Source: Dimargaris cristalligena | Taxonomy: Eukaryota | Direction of reading: 5' to 3' | DNA length: 36,707 nucleotides | Assembly: GCA_003614675.1 (NCBI GenBank) | Contig: ML002372.1 | Span: 1-36,707 of the forward strand | Shown here: one piece after another, positions 22,101 through 32,295 of the stretch | Layout: each line of letters opens with the position of its first letter | Position numbering within the stretch: the stretch's first letter is position 1 | Made by a program: the position numbers and the translations under genes | Notes under the pieces: model-generated | Seen by the model: only the letters and a program-made list of their open reading frames with translations | Told to the model about the DNA's origin: nothing | Databases searched by the model: none

Positions 22101-24797
22101 TACCGTACCCCTCTGGTGTCGAGCGATACCATCCCGCCGCCGCAGCTACTGACCCTCTCCCGGCAACAGTTTGAGGTCTCCAGGCCCCAAATTTGGACCC
22201 TATCGCGGTCGTCCCAACCTTGCATGACTAACTCGGCAACCCACTCCGTCACGGAGGCCGAGGTTCGTTCCGGGGCTGATATGGAGGCGTCGATTCTGTC
22301 CGACGGGGAGCTGGTTTCGGATCTGGCTGGCCTAAACCTAACCAACCTATGCATGGACCCGCTGGAGAACTTGGCGGGCGAGGGCACGAGTGAGGAGGAG
22401 GATATGGCGGTGGAAAAATTCGGTGGACTATTGTCCCACCTGTCTCGGTCCTACGCTTCTTTGCCTCTCGCGTCCCCTCAGCCATCGGTAATGGCTCAAA
22501 AACCCCACCTCGACCAGACCCATGATGATACCAACGAATCGGGTATGTTGGACACTGCCGACCTTAACGCATCCGTAATGGAGCATAGAGAGACATCATC
22601 ATCGGAGGAGTATGACCGCGGTGTGGGGGTGGAGGATCAGCCAATGTCACCGTCGGCTGAATCGGCCGGGCCCCTCTACCTGGCCAATCCCTCCCGCGGC
22701 TCGCGCTCTTTTGTACCAGCCGCCACCGCCACGGTTCCGTTGGCCCCCGCCGGTTCCCCCTCTACGGTGACCGAAGTACCATGCGGGAATCAGAAGAGCC
22801 CTAGCCCCGTGAACGCCGATGGGGGTGTTTCCCTCCACCCTCCCCCTGGGTCGACGGCGACGTCGCCGTCGACGCACGAATGGATGAGTCACCCCGAATT
22901 CCGCGCCTTGGTTCAGGATCTGGCCAAGTCAATCTATCAGAGTGCCCTCACGAGTGCCCGGCAACGCTTGGCGGAAGGTCAGTCCATCCACCGATTGTCC
23001 ATTGATGAATTGGGCTTTAGTGCCGCCCAAGGACCCGATTCCTCGAGTATAGCTAGTCCTCGGGAAGAAAAACGGGACTCGGTGGTGACTGAGAAGGAGG
23101 AGGACGATGAAATCGTAGAGAAGCTCTTAAACATGACTACCCCTAAAAGAGAAAAGTTGGAGTCGTTGACTCAATCCTTGGCCGATTCGGAACCGGAAGA
23201 GTCGGTGGAGTACCCAAGCGCCCCTTCACTGGCGGAAGTAGTCGCTGAACCTGCTTCAATCCAGGCGTCGGAATGCGCTCATCGAACCTCAGTTGTTTCC
23301 ATCGAGGCTCATCCCGTGACCTCCCCTACTGCTGATACTGAGGTACTCTGCGAAACGGAAAAGTCGGTCGAAGCGGCGGAATTGGACGTAGAAGCCACGG
23401 GGACTATTTCAGTGACTATCCTGGCCGAAACCCTCTCGACTGAATCCCCAGTCGAAGAAAACCACGATAGTTCGGATGAAGGGGCTGTACTGACGGTGGT
23501 CACGGATCTCCTGCCCCACCCTATGGAGCAGTCTACAAGACCTATTTCGGCGGTACAACCGGCGGCGGTATTGGCATCGATGCCGGGCCCCCCTGCTCGC
23601 CAGAGTGGGGGCACCTTCGGCCCTAATCGGAATTCGGCAGATTTATCCATTCGGGCTTCCCTGCCGGCCCCCGCCCGACTGAGTTCCCAGTTTAAAGAGC
23701 GGATCCGCCGGTCGGCCTACCGCAGTTCGTTTATGCTGGCCCGCTTGCACTACCAGATCTCGGCACCCCAGCAGCCCCCGCGGCGGCGGCAGTTCGCTAG
23801 TCAACGTCGGTCCCGACGGGATAGTGTCCACCCCACCGCGGCCCCCCCTCGGTTGTCCACGGCGGGGCTTCCCACCCCAACCGCGGAACCGAAAATGGCT
23901 ATTGTTGGTAGTAGTAACAACGGCTGGGACTCGTCGGATACCGGGTTTCCGGAGCCTCCCCTTATTAACAGCAACTCCGGTGAAGATGAAAGTGAGGATG
24001 GTGGTGATGTGAGTCCGACCTTGGGTAATCAGCGTACCCACCGCCTGCGCTCATCCATTCGTTTATCTTCGATTCGGCACCCGGCCCATTACCAGCCGAA
24101 CCCATCTTTTACTATTGGCGACGATGACAATGACGACGACGACGACGACGATGATGAGAATGAGAATGATACGGAAGAATGGGGGGTAAGGGATAGAATT
24201 AGTGAATTCGAGAGAAAACATTCGGATATGGATACCCCGACGAACCAGAAGCCCCTACAGGACCAGGACCGGGCGGCCCACCGGGTATCGGCCCTGAACG
24301 CCCTCATCCTCAAAGACGCCGTCCGTCGCAGTATCCAGGCCCTCCGCGAATGCACCCCCGGGTGGGATTCGACAGGCTCCCCCCCGCGGGGCAGTTGGAA
24401 CGCCCGGATGAGCAACAACCCCAATGTAGCGGCGGCCTACCAGCGACTGGCCGGTCCAGCCACTGCCAACGGCAGCAGCAGCAGCACCGGCGATGTCCGC
24501 AGCAGTAGCATCAGCCACCATTACCACCACTATCGTCAATCTAAGGCAGCGCCTCGCCTCACGCTACCTTTCAAACTCATTGATAATGACGCCGAATTCG
24601 AAATGCTGGGCCAGATGCTGCAGCAGGCGGAATTGCTGGCGACGGCCAACGGCGGAACCATGGACTCGGATTGGCTGGAGCCCTCGGATCTCAACGATTA
24701 CCAAATTCCGGCTTATATCAGTGATGTGTTCCACGAGAGTATCGTGGCTGATTCACTCAGCTCCCTTCGCCGGGAGTTCCAGGGGCAGCGTTACTAA
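19125..24797 (+). CDS. Giant low-complexity, probably disordered protein (~1890 aa), intronless; candidate signalling scaffold
   Basis: 5.7-kb uninterrupted ORF; first ATG at 19125 (the track start at 19053 is a TTG inside the predicted intron). Ser/Pro/Thr/Ala-rich with acidic tracts including (GAC)6 poly-Asp at 24132-24149, short helical islands and basophilic kinase motifs. No folded domain recognised. Confidence 0.85.
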   Translation: MTNANVCTQPPTAYPSRHRSVLPPPVPHPPSQSLHETLSRFGLEPTPLTVDPSLAVSSSPSPSPLTMTDSGHPNLSYSQGSAGSGKPPTFHALLQSPSTYYHHLPSPKKPGLALLHEPHAIVSPIPATAAVVVMGRDGASHACSSPDLPSPRPHRLCDSQGSLQSDGTVYDPLGLEEMGHPSPSSPTHNNHSTASTKGMAAASWSTIKRKVTQKFSLRRLRQPSESDWERRVNHWIQQEEDAVAAETAGQQDSPSPLVPPPTVSMASATGTGMGSNGSVPLLCTAPQPLRPTVGGGIPLGSGGVSHRSFSPESIVNVQVCSSDCDQPDYYQGLTYIGSLRRAPTDQLRVLNPPTVSASPSSDSLAQAGEIGVAGGKLAVGPSVSKGTPKARNRLLSFDGSKYRIPTMSIQNRSLAQSGWGLARIRSPKTSTAANIPTTSTSATATTTTSVADSTASSRTTVVGLPTTGRTPSPANSANTPFAVFQRDRAQYAEEGVDITAKLGGLLPADVNPHHSPTDEAYLSWTTYGTASMDDELRERFLALCPEAKLPQSRRSLSIADNTANSAVDRWMDGMDDNNGGSDGHDDAVPQGPPTNVALNRMTRGKRSHTITSGSPSTSQPTVSVATTAAASHASVAPSVGTGMGMGAAHSTSTSGPTKLLHQVEELTTQIMSRMRGASQLKKSTSGYSKSHKTPAPTISTSAPWPIQPSDTEFPTAYAISPATATLPNGVPLVPIEQAALGLSQASLPLPTSPGAPPSSPREGMFIQVGPSGPPVAVKARSDASQNTEMVATTPVVSTLAETPGVQSGRPASGQVLPPYLSEPHLPIAKRMQKAMTMDILDGNRSLPLNLREFAPSSPITKPFRSPQLKPSPVMPPKSAYRLVTPIQRPISPEESTTTPTTTTSVSVATAKNVPVAMGFSSLLKNPMESLPPTSTSTITNREIGNGNEQEGEGEGQASASSSTFGVRTRASLERPPLPPSLGMVPRRATEPIYRTPLVSSDTIPPPQLLTLSRQQFEVSRPQIWTLSRSSQPCMTNSATHSVTEAEVRSGADMEASILSDGELVSDLAGLNLTNLCMDPLENLAGEGTSEEEDMAVEKFGGLLSHLSRSYASLPLASPQPSVMAQKPHLDQTHDDTNESGMLDTADLNASVMEHRETSSSEEYDRGVGVEDQPMSPSAESAGPLYLANPSRGSRSFVPAATATVPLAPAGSPSTVTEVPCGNQKSPSPVNADGGVSLHPPPGSTATSPSTHEWMSHPEFRALVQDLAKSIYQSALTSARQRLAEGQSIHRLSIDELGFSAAQGPDSSSIASPREEKRDSVVTEKEEDDEIVEKLLNMTTPKREKLESLTQSLADSEPEESVEYPSAPSLAEVVAEPASIQASECAHRTSVVSIEAHPVTSPTADTEVLCETEKSVEAAELDVEATGTISVTILAETLSTESPVEENHDSSDEGAVLTVVTDLLPHPMEQSTRPISAVQPAAVLASMPGPPARQSGGTFGPNRNSADLSIRASLPAPARLSSQFKERIRRSAYRSSFMLARLHYQISAPQQPPRRRQFASQRRSRRDSVHPTAAPPRLSTAGLPTPTAEPKMAIVGSSNNGWDSSDTGFPEPPLINSNSGEDESEDGGDVSPTLGNQRTHRLRSSIRLSSIRHPAHYQPNPSFTIGDDDNDDDDDDDDENENDTEEWGVRDRISEFERKHSDMDTPTNQKPLQDQDRAAHRVSALNALILKDAVRRSIQALRECTPGWDSTGSPPRGSWNARMSNNPNVAAAYQRLAGPATANGSSSSTGDVRSSSISHHYHHYRQSKAAPRLTLPFKLIDNDAEFEMLGQMLQQAELLATANGGTMDSDWLEPSDLNDYQIPAYISDVFHESIVADSLSSLRREFQGQRY

Positions 24798-25149
24798 ATA
24801 ATGTGAATGGCCAGCGCCAAGCTGTTCTGACGACCGCTATAGACCCTTTCAACCCCACCCCCCTCATCTACCTTGTCTTGTCTATTTTTCATTACTGATC
24901 TTTTAATACCCTTCTTTCTAACATTCCAGCCCACGCAATGTTGTGTAAGGTTAATTTCAGTTTATACTGCTTTTCTAGGGTTGACTGCAATACCATATTT
25001 TTTTTGCTTAATTTGTGTTAAAATAGAACATGAAGGTGCCTCCTGGTGATGTGGTTAACCAAGTTTTTATTTGATGTATGGAATGGTCACACCCGATTCC
25101 GCTGTTATTTACACAAATTTGATTTTTCTATCTATCTACCAATATATAT

Positions 25150-25150
<1 letters not shown>

Positions 25151-25188
<38 letters not shown>
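25151..25188. repeat. Compound microsatellite (AT)10(GT)9
   Basis: Directly visible downstream of the giant ORF. Shorter (TA)n tracts occur near 11203-11218 and 14265-14280. Confidence 0.9.
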
Positions 25189-26275
25189 ATTTTTATGCGT
25201 ATAATGTGTATCTTGTTCACCATGTTATGTAAAACCATTAAATCCTGACAAGTGTTACCGATTATCTGTGGCAGTGCTACCTTTGCAGGACAATGATGAA
25301 TGGGGAGGAGAGTATTACTCCCACTTGGAGGTATATTATACGGCATGAATTGACCGAGTACAAGTACAAGCACAATACTAATCATTAAAATAGTCAAGGT
25401 GGGCGGAATAAACAACGCCATTATATTCTGCAAAGCATGGGTGTGGGTGTGGGATGGGGCCCAGATTGGCTACCTAAGGGATAGCTCACGTGATTGCTGG
25501 CGAGTGTTGGGATCCCTGCGGATAGGCAGGGAGTGGATTAAGACGAACGGATCGTTTCTAAAGAATGTGCAGCTTACCTTATTTACCCACACCGTACACA
25601 ATATTATTTTAGTTTATAGGCGTGCGGGGGAGAGAGAGTAATAATTAGAGTGAGTGAGAGTGAATCGCACAAGTGGCCCTCATTCGCTTGCCACCAGCAC
25701 CGCCGATTTCCGAAACACAGTGGCAGAAAGAGACATAATTGACTGAGTTAAACGAGAGTGAAAGACACACACACACTACCTTTACATATTATTATTTATT
25801 ATTGACGAGAAAAAGCCAACCACCAGCGACCCCTTTTCCCTTGTATTATGGACAAATGCAAGACGGGGTATGTACCTCTCTCTCTCTCTTTCTCTGCTCA
25901 GTACAGTAGACTTTATTCCTTCCAAGATCCTTTTTTAATATATAATTCCGGGACATCACACCCACACCACCACCCTATACTATGCTTAACCGGTGGTATA
26001 TACTCACTCACTTTCCGCCTATAGGTCGTTTTCGTTTACTCCACAGGACCCAGACTCATAGAGACCCCTCCTCCCCCACCACTGCCCCTCTTTCCCTCTC
26101 ATTCCACCTATTATTTGTACAATAGTTTTCACTTGCTACTTACGGTCTCTCCTCCTACGCCTACTCCACCACCACCACTACCACCATTATTGACGCTATT
26201 AGTGTCAGTCGACTATACATATATATATTCCAACGAACGACTACTACCCCCGTCAAAGGTTGCGCCATTTTGCCC

Positions 26276-27397
26276 ATGGCCTCCTCTTTTATTTCGTCAA
26301 CGACCGGCGGCGGAGGCGCCTCCTCCTCCTCCACTACCAGCTATTCCAACGCCCGTTTCTACAACCCCTTCGGCCCGGCCTTGGACTCCCCCCAGGTCAC
26401 GTTCCACCGACCCTTTGACGACATGTCACCCCCGCATCATCAACACCCCTCAGCCGCCATGGACATTCCGCTGTTGTCGCTCGCCAAGCCCCGCGCCACG
26501 GCCACCGGTTTTGGGACGGCTGAATCGACCGAACTTGACTCTAACGACGATGCTGCCGAATCGAACGACGGTGGCCCTGGGGAAGCGGAGGAAGAAGAAG
26601 AAGAAGAGGACACCTTCATACCGCCGGGACTCGCCTGTGACATGGAACTCACCACCTTTTCGAAAACCCCAACCCACAACTCGACCACTAATAGTAATGG
26701 CCGTCCTGGTGCGAATACGGGTGCCGGTGTGGGTGCGGGACCTCGACCTCGCCCCCGACCACGGATAGCCGGTTCCCAGGCCTGGTCGCCTTCATCATCG
26801 AGCAACAATCCCCGTCGGTCGGTAATACGGCGGGCTGCATCAATGTTTTTTTCCGTCCGGCCCCCTTCACTCAGTCCGGCCGGGGAAGCCAACACCACGA
26901 ATACCTCTTCCCCACCTTCTCCTTCCCATTACAACCCCTCTTTCGGTTCAGCCCATTGGCTCTTAAACCCTGCAGCAATAACCACAGCCCCCCAGCTCCC
27001 TCGGTTAGCCTCCCGGCGGTCCAGTGGACATTGTCATCCGTCTACTATGACCGTCCGGTCCCCCGTATTATCGCCCCGACCCTCCTTTTCATCGTCTACA
27101 GCATCGCTGCTATCCTCGTCAACATCGTCGACCGGGTCGCTGAATAATAATAATCATAATAATGACCCCGCCACCCCAGCGTGGTCCGCGCTTTTTCCCC
27201 CGACACCATCACCAGCTTCCTCGGATAGTAGTAGGGCTACTACTACTACTAAATCGAATTACACGGCTTTATTAGGGCCATATTCGTCTCCCATCACCAC
27301 TGTCGCGGCCAACATCCCCCTCACTCGGTACCCTAACCGTGCCGTATCCAGCTGTTATCCGATAGAATCTCGGACTCGGCCGTCGTCTAACGCTTAG
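26276..27397 (+). CDS. Hypothetical Ser/Pro/Thr-rich protein, 373 aa, intronless
   Basis: ATG at 26276 in good context (CCCATGG); 1.1-kb GC-rich ORF flanked by AT-rich UTR-like sequence. Poly-Glu, poly-Ser and poly-Asn runs; no domain recognised. Confidence 0.65.
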   Translation: MASSFISSTTGGGGASSSSTTSYSNARFYNPFGPALDSPQVTFHRPFDDMSPPHHQHPSAAMDIPLLSLAKPRATATGFGTAESTELDSNDDAAESNDGGPGEAEEEEEEEDTFIPPGLACDMELTTFSKTPTHNSTTNSNGRPGANTGAGVGAGPRPRPRPRIAGSQAWSPSSSSNNPRRSVIRRAASMFFSVRPPSLSPAGEANTTNTSSPPSPSHYNPSFGSAHWLLNPAAITTAPQLPRLASRRSSGHCHPSTMTVRSPVLSPRPSFSSSTASLLSSSTSSTGSLNNNNHNNDPATPAWSALFPPTPSPASSDSSRATTTTKSNYTALLGPYSSPITTVAANIPLTRYPNRAVSSCYPIESRTRPSSNA

Positions 27398-28110
27398 CCA
27401 TACCGAGCTTGCTGTAATTTTTCCATATAGTATTTGTGTTCATGTTTTTATTCAACGCTGCCATAAAGCAACCCCTCCCCCTTCCACCAACCTCTTCGTA
27501 TCTCGCCTTGCTATCTACTCCACCTGTATCCTATATCCGTTATAATCGCCCCCGTTATCATAGTTATATCTAAATATATTTATTAATACACCCCACCATC
27601 TGAAAATGAATTCGGTAGACTCACTAAGCTACTTCCAACTACATTAAAAATTAAAATAATATCAACGACAGACTTATGAAATGGTTAGTAACATTTCGAA
27701 TATTGAAATAGGCTGGCGAGGATATAATAAATACTACACCAGGTCGCTCATAATGTATGAGTTACATCCATGATATGGGAGAAGTTCATTCAGGCTGTAT
27801 AATGAAAAATCCGTTGGATGGGGCCAATATTACTGGCTAAAAGCTATTCTCACATATATTCGCCCGTGCACGTATTATGTCAAACCTTATACAGCTGGTT
27901 TGAATTTCATCCATATCATCCAAACTTAGTAACTCTCCACGAGCCGATATGATTTAATAAGATTAATGGAAGTGTTTTATTGGGTATATAGTACATGAGA
28001 TTAGGGGGAATGAAAGACAAATGATGTAGCAACAGGGGTTGGGGCATCATGGATCCTATCAAAAAATAAGTCGCATGGATGGGATGGAGACGCCACTTAT
28101 TGCGTAGATC

Positions 28111-29413
28111 TCAACTGGCGGCTTCGTCCGAGGGGGACGACGAATGGTCGATTTCACCAGTGAGAATATTGGTCAAATGGGGGTAGGATGCCCGAGCGTC
28201 TAACTGGGTTTGCGCCCAGGTTAGCAATTTAATAATGGAAGGCAGTTTGGGTTCGCTTTGGTAACTCTCAGCCGACAGGATGGCCGCATTCAACTCACTG
28301 GCGATCTTTTGCCGTTGGCCGTAATCTAATAGCTCGCTGACGGGAGAAGGGAAATTTAGGGCGGGGTCAAAAGCAAGGAGGGTCATGGTCTTCTCCAGTT
28401 CATCGAGTAACTCGGGAACTTCCTCTCCACGGGGTGCCATCTCTTCCTGGGCGAATAGAAGGGCTTCTTCTACTTTGCCTTCCCGGATGAGCTCGATAAG
28501 CCGCTGTTGTTGGAGATGGAAGTATAGCTGTGGATTGGTATCGAGAATCTATGTGTCATAATGCGGGAAATTGACAGGTTAAAGTCGTATTGCAAAAGGT
28601 GGATTTGCGAGGTTAGATACATGAAGATACAACCCATATAGGCCGTTCTAACAACCGACTATCTATCTAAAATAGATTACGAATACTTGACTCAGGAAAA
28701 TTGGATTCAGTTTTATCAACAGCTGCTAACCAATGTTAACGTCTATGTGTGGTGCATGAAAATCATCATTGACAAGTATCGGTGGTGGAGAGATGAATGA
28801 ATAAGGGTTAACCCGATAATGGGGAAGCTCTGCTTACCTGAGGGTTAAGGTCATTGACCCGCTCAATTGCCTCTTCGATATTTCCCGTTTGTACGGCAAA
28901 CCGAATCTTCATACGCTCCTCAATAAAATTGAGGTCCACATCGGGTTGCAGTCCGCACTCCTCGCTAAACTTTTCGGCGGCATCCTTGTAACCCTCAATG
29001 ATAAGGTAGTCCATGATAAGCTGGTTAAGCTCGCTATTAGGAATATGCCGTAGAGGGTAACCGAATCGTACAATGTATATAGGCACACAATGGAGTTAGT
29101 GGACCGGTCTGGGTTGGTGGAGAACAGTGACATACTATACCAATTTCAGGATGAAATGGTGAATAGTGCTCAGTGGTAAATGAATGGATATGTTGAAGTG
29201 TGTTGTCTCCAGCTGTAACGTCAGCGAGGTTCCCTTCGTTCATCAGCGCGCTTGTGGGTGGAGTTTGCTCAGCCATGTGAGCCCCAGTGGGAAATGCTAA
29301 GGGGTTGAAGAGAGGCCGCGGGAGGCTTACCTTTTGCCAAAAGAGAGAGAGTTCAGGCGCTGCTGCCAATCCTCAAACGAGATGACGGTTTTGGGTGGAG
29401 TAGGTGCGGTCAT
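28111..29413 (-). CDS. GID8: GID/CTLH E3 ligase subunit GID8 (TWA1), LisH-CTLH-CRA, 238 aa
   Basis: Exons 29413-29331, 29033-28838, 28548-28111 (717 nt, phases consistent). LisH [89 protein letters not shown]...QRQKIASELNAAIL. Confidence 0.95.
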
Positions 29414-30420
29414 GGTAATAAATAAAATGAATACAAGTAAGGAAAGAGGTGGTTGGAGGAATAGTGCGCACCGGCTGAAGGTAAATAGGAAAGCAAAAGT
29501 AGAAAGAGATGGCGCTAGGGAATGGAACAAGTCGGATCTCAGAAGGAACTCAGCCTGGGAGGGGAAGGAGATGTATGCATACCAATTACAAGTAGGGAGC
29601 GGCGGAGGGGGGGGTTATAATAGTATAATACAAAGCCAGGGGGGATGGGGCGTTAAATGGTAGAAATACATGGGGTGGGACAAAATCTCACAATGGGAGA
29701 AAATGGGGGAAATTAAGGAATGGGCCGCTATGATACCAGAGGACACTGCAGTCAAACCAGCTGGAAACTAGTTTACAGAACAAAAGGCTTGCCAAAAGCA
29801 GCGGACAGCTAGGCGCAATAGAACACAACGACCTCCATGGCAAGCACTACGGCTGCAAAATAGGATACTAACAATAATTAAGGGCCGCGGGGGGGCATGG
29901 TGGGGAAAGGAGAAAGAGCATGGTGATTCCCTAAACTACTCGCAAACCCTCCGCTTTAATATGCCCAGAATAATCCTCTCGCCCACCCCAATCCTGTTTG
30001 GCGAAAAAAATCCTCGCTCCAATACTCCCCAAGCGCCAGCTGATTGACCGGATTTTTTTCTATTGAATTTTTAATTGCATTCGTGAATATCTGTAAAAAA
30101 AAAATTTTATTGCATTTTGGCCCCAGAGATAGAGTATGTAAAATTTTTTCAGCGTTTACCTGAGTCTGGTTTGACTAAACTCCTCTGGTTGAAAAAAAGC
30201 GGCTGTACATAGGGGTTGCTCTATTCAGTGAGCCCCATTGATTGATGCTGATACAGGGTAATTACGAACTACCGCACCCCATGTAAAACCAGGCCCTTCG
30301 AAGGAGATTCAGCTGCGACCCTCGCGTCCTTTCGGCTTCGGATTATTCCTAAGTGTATCCTTCAATAAGCGGAATAGGTATAATACTTATAATGGGGCAA
30401 CGACTCCTCCCTATCAGTAT

Positions 30421-32295
30421 TTAGATATCCAGGTCGTCGTCGGGGTCCTCCTCGTCGAAATCGTCGCCGTCATCAGGCTGGTAGATAATGGCTCCCGACG
30501 CGCTTTGTTCGTTAACGTACGGCAGCACCAAATTGTTCTTGGCCTCCCGCTGCTGATCCGTCAGAGTCAAGTTGAAGGACAGCGATTTGAGGGGGTCGTT
30601 CTGCTTATCATCCGTCGCAGGTTACAATAGTAGGAAATTATGAAAAAAAAACAACCCCCCAGCCAGTATCAGATTAGTGAGAATTGGTGGTAAAAAGGGG
30701 AGGAATATAGTAGTAGTGGTTAAGCAAACTCCACCACCCTAACCTCTGCTCAAAGCGTCAAAGGGCCACTGGAGTGGCGGAATAAACACGTGACCAGCGT
30801 TAGGGTATAGAAGTACACCCCCCTTGGGCGCAACGAAGTTACCCAAACTAACGATTCCGCTTGTCATGCTTAAAATTAAGCAGGGTTAACCAAGGCGGCA
30901 ATATATATCACTACACCCATAACTTACCTCGGGTGTCTGGATGATTTCCTTTTCGGCGGGTTTGCCTGCATCGGCCTGATAGCGGGCAAGTACAAACTCG
31001 GATGTCACCAGCCTATCGTCTACAATGTCGTACACGCTCGTCTAATATGTATACCACCGACACACACACATATATAGATATATATAAACAAAATGGTAAA
31101 ACCGTTAGTTGATTGACTAATAGACCACGGTAGCCACTATTCATGTATCCCCCCCTCCTCCAGCCCTGACGCTTTATCCAATCTGGACTTACCTCAATCT
31201 GCATTTTGCGGCTTTTTTTCAAGTACTCGACCTTGGCCACCCTCGAACCGGGCGAATTATTGCTAGTATCCAGGTGCGCAAATGCCGGTCGGGAATCCTC
31301 CTCCGTCCATAGGAGAGGGTCCATTGTCCGGTTATAGTCCTCTAGATCGTACAGGTGGACGGTAACCGGCCCAAGGGCCTCCAAGGCATGGCGGACCGGC
31401 GGGATACCCGCCGAGCTCGTTGCATCGGGAACTAATAGATCTTCGTGGATTAGGGCCATACTAATGGCTAGTCCAGAGGCGCTCTTGGCCGACTCGTCAC
31501 CGGTACCTAGCGTGCGGAAAAAGCGAAGTAGCTGGCCCATGGGCTGGCGGAGAAACGGAACCAGGCTATCGTAATATACGTATATGGTACTGTGTTCTTC
31601 TTGCACTAGAAGCGGTATAGGGTTGGGTGAGGGGGTTGGTGCAAAAGAGATGTGTGCGTTTGTGGTTTAGAATAGGCGTTTAGGCCCGTGTGTTCAGGGA
31701 TTATCCGGCAATTTTAAGCCTATTCGATGGGCTGTAGTCCCTTCTCCAAACAATTATTCGGGTACACAATTGGTTATACTACCGGTACTATTGTTGCACC
31801 TGATAGCTATGGCTCTCGGTGGACTTTTCTCCCTTGGAATAAAACAATTCGCAGGTCATTTCACCAATCTCATTTGGCCTTTTACTTACGCGTCTTGACT
31901 GTCTTTGTAATAACGTGCTTAAGCTGTGCCAAATCGGGGGACATATTAACTAGTTGGAGCTGTTTCATATGGGCGCATGCCTTCATTAGGGCCGAACTCG
32001 CCTCCCCGGGCTGATCACTCCCACCCATGATGCCCATGATAGCATGTACCTCGCCTCCGTGCACCAGGGAGGGGTTAACCAACGCATCGGGCCGGGTTTC
32101 GAGGCAGACGAGTAATACGACCGGGGGGCCTGTCGCAGTGTTAGTGCTCAGGCGACGGCGAATGGCATACCGGAGGAGAGGCAGTCCGCTTTGCCGCACT
32201 GAATCGTAAATGGGCACAAAGGTGCGGGTTTGGCGGAACTCGAGCACATCGGCTAGGGACGAGTGGGTGGTTTTTTTGACTTCCAACGGGGACAT
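30421..32295 (-). CDS. ELP5: Elongator complex subunit 5 (Elp5/Iki1), 370 aa
   Basis: Exons 32295-31890, 31605-31193, 31041-30928, 30600-30421 (1113 nt, phases consistent). The C-terminus DPLKSLSFNLTLTDQQREAKNNLVLPY...GAIIYQPDDGDDFDEEDPDDDLDI is characteristic of Elp5. The last two exons are missing from the ORF track. Confidence 0.92.

Noticed and set aside
19123-24801. Many short antisense and alternative-frame ORFs inside the giant ORF
   Set aside because: Expected shadows of a GC-rich, stop-poor coding region. The same applies to those overlapping the bZIP, 865-3702 and 26276-27397 genes.
25149-25433. 94-aa minus-strand ORF with a hydrophobic N-terminus
   Set aside because: TTG start, and the C-terminus is simply the translated microsatellite (HTHTHTYIYIYI).
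31012-31015. Alternative ELP5 exon 3 acceptor (TAG before 31012)
   Set aside because: Out of phase with the donor after 31193; the acceptor before 31041 keeps the frame.
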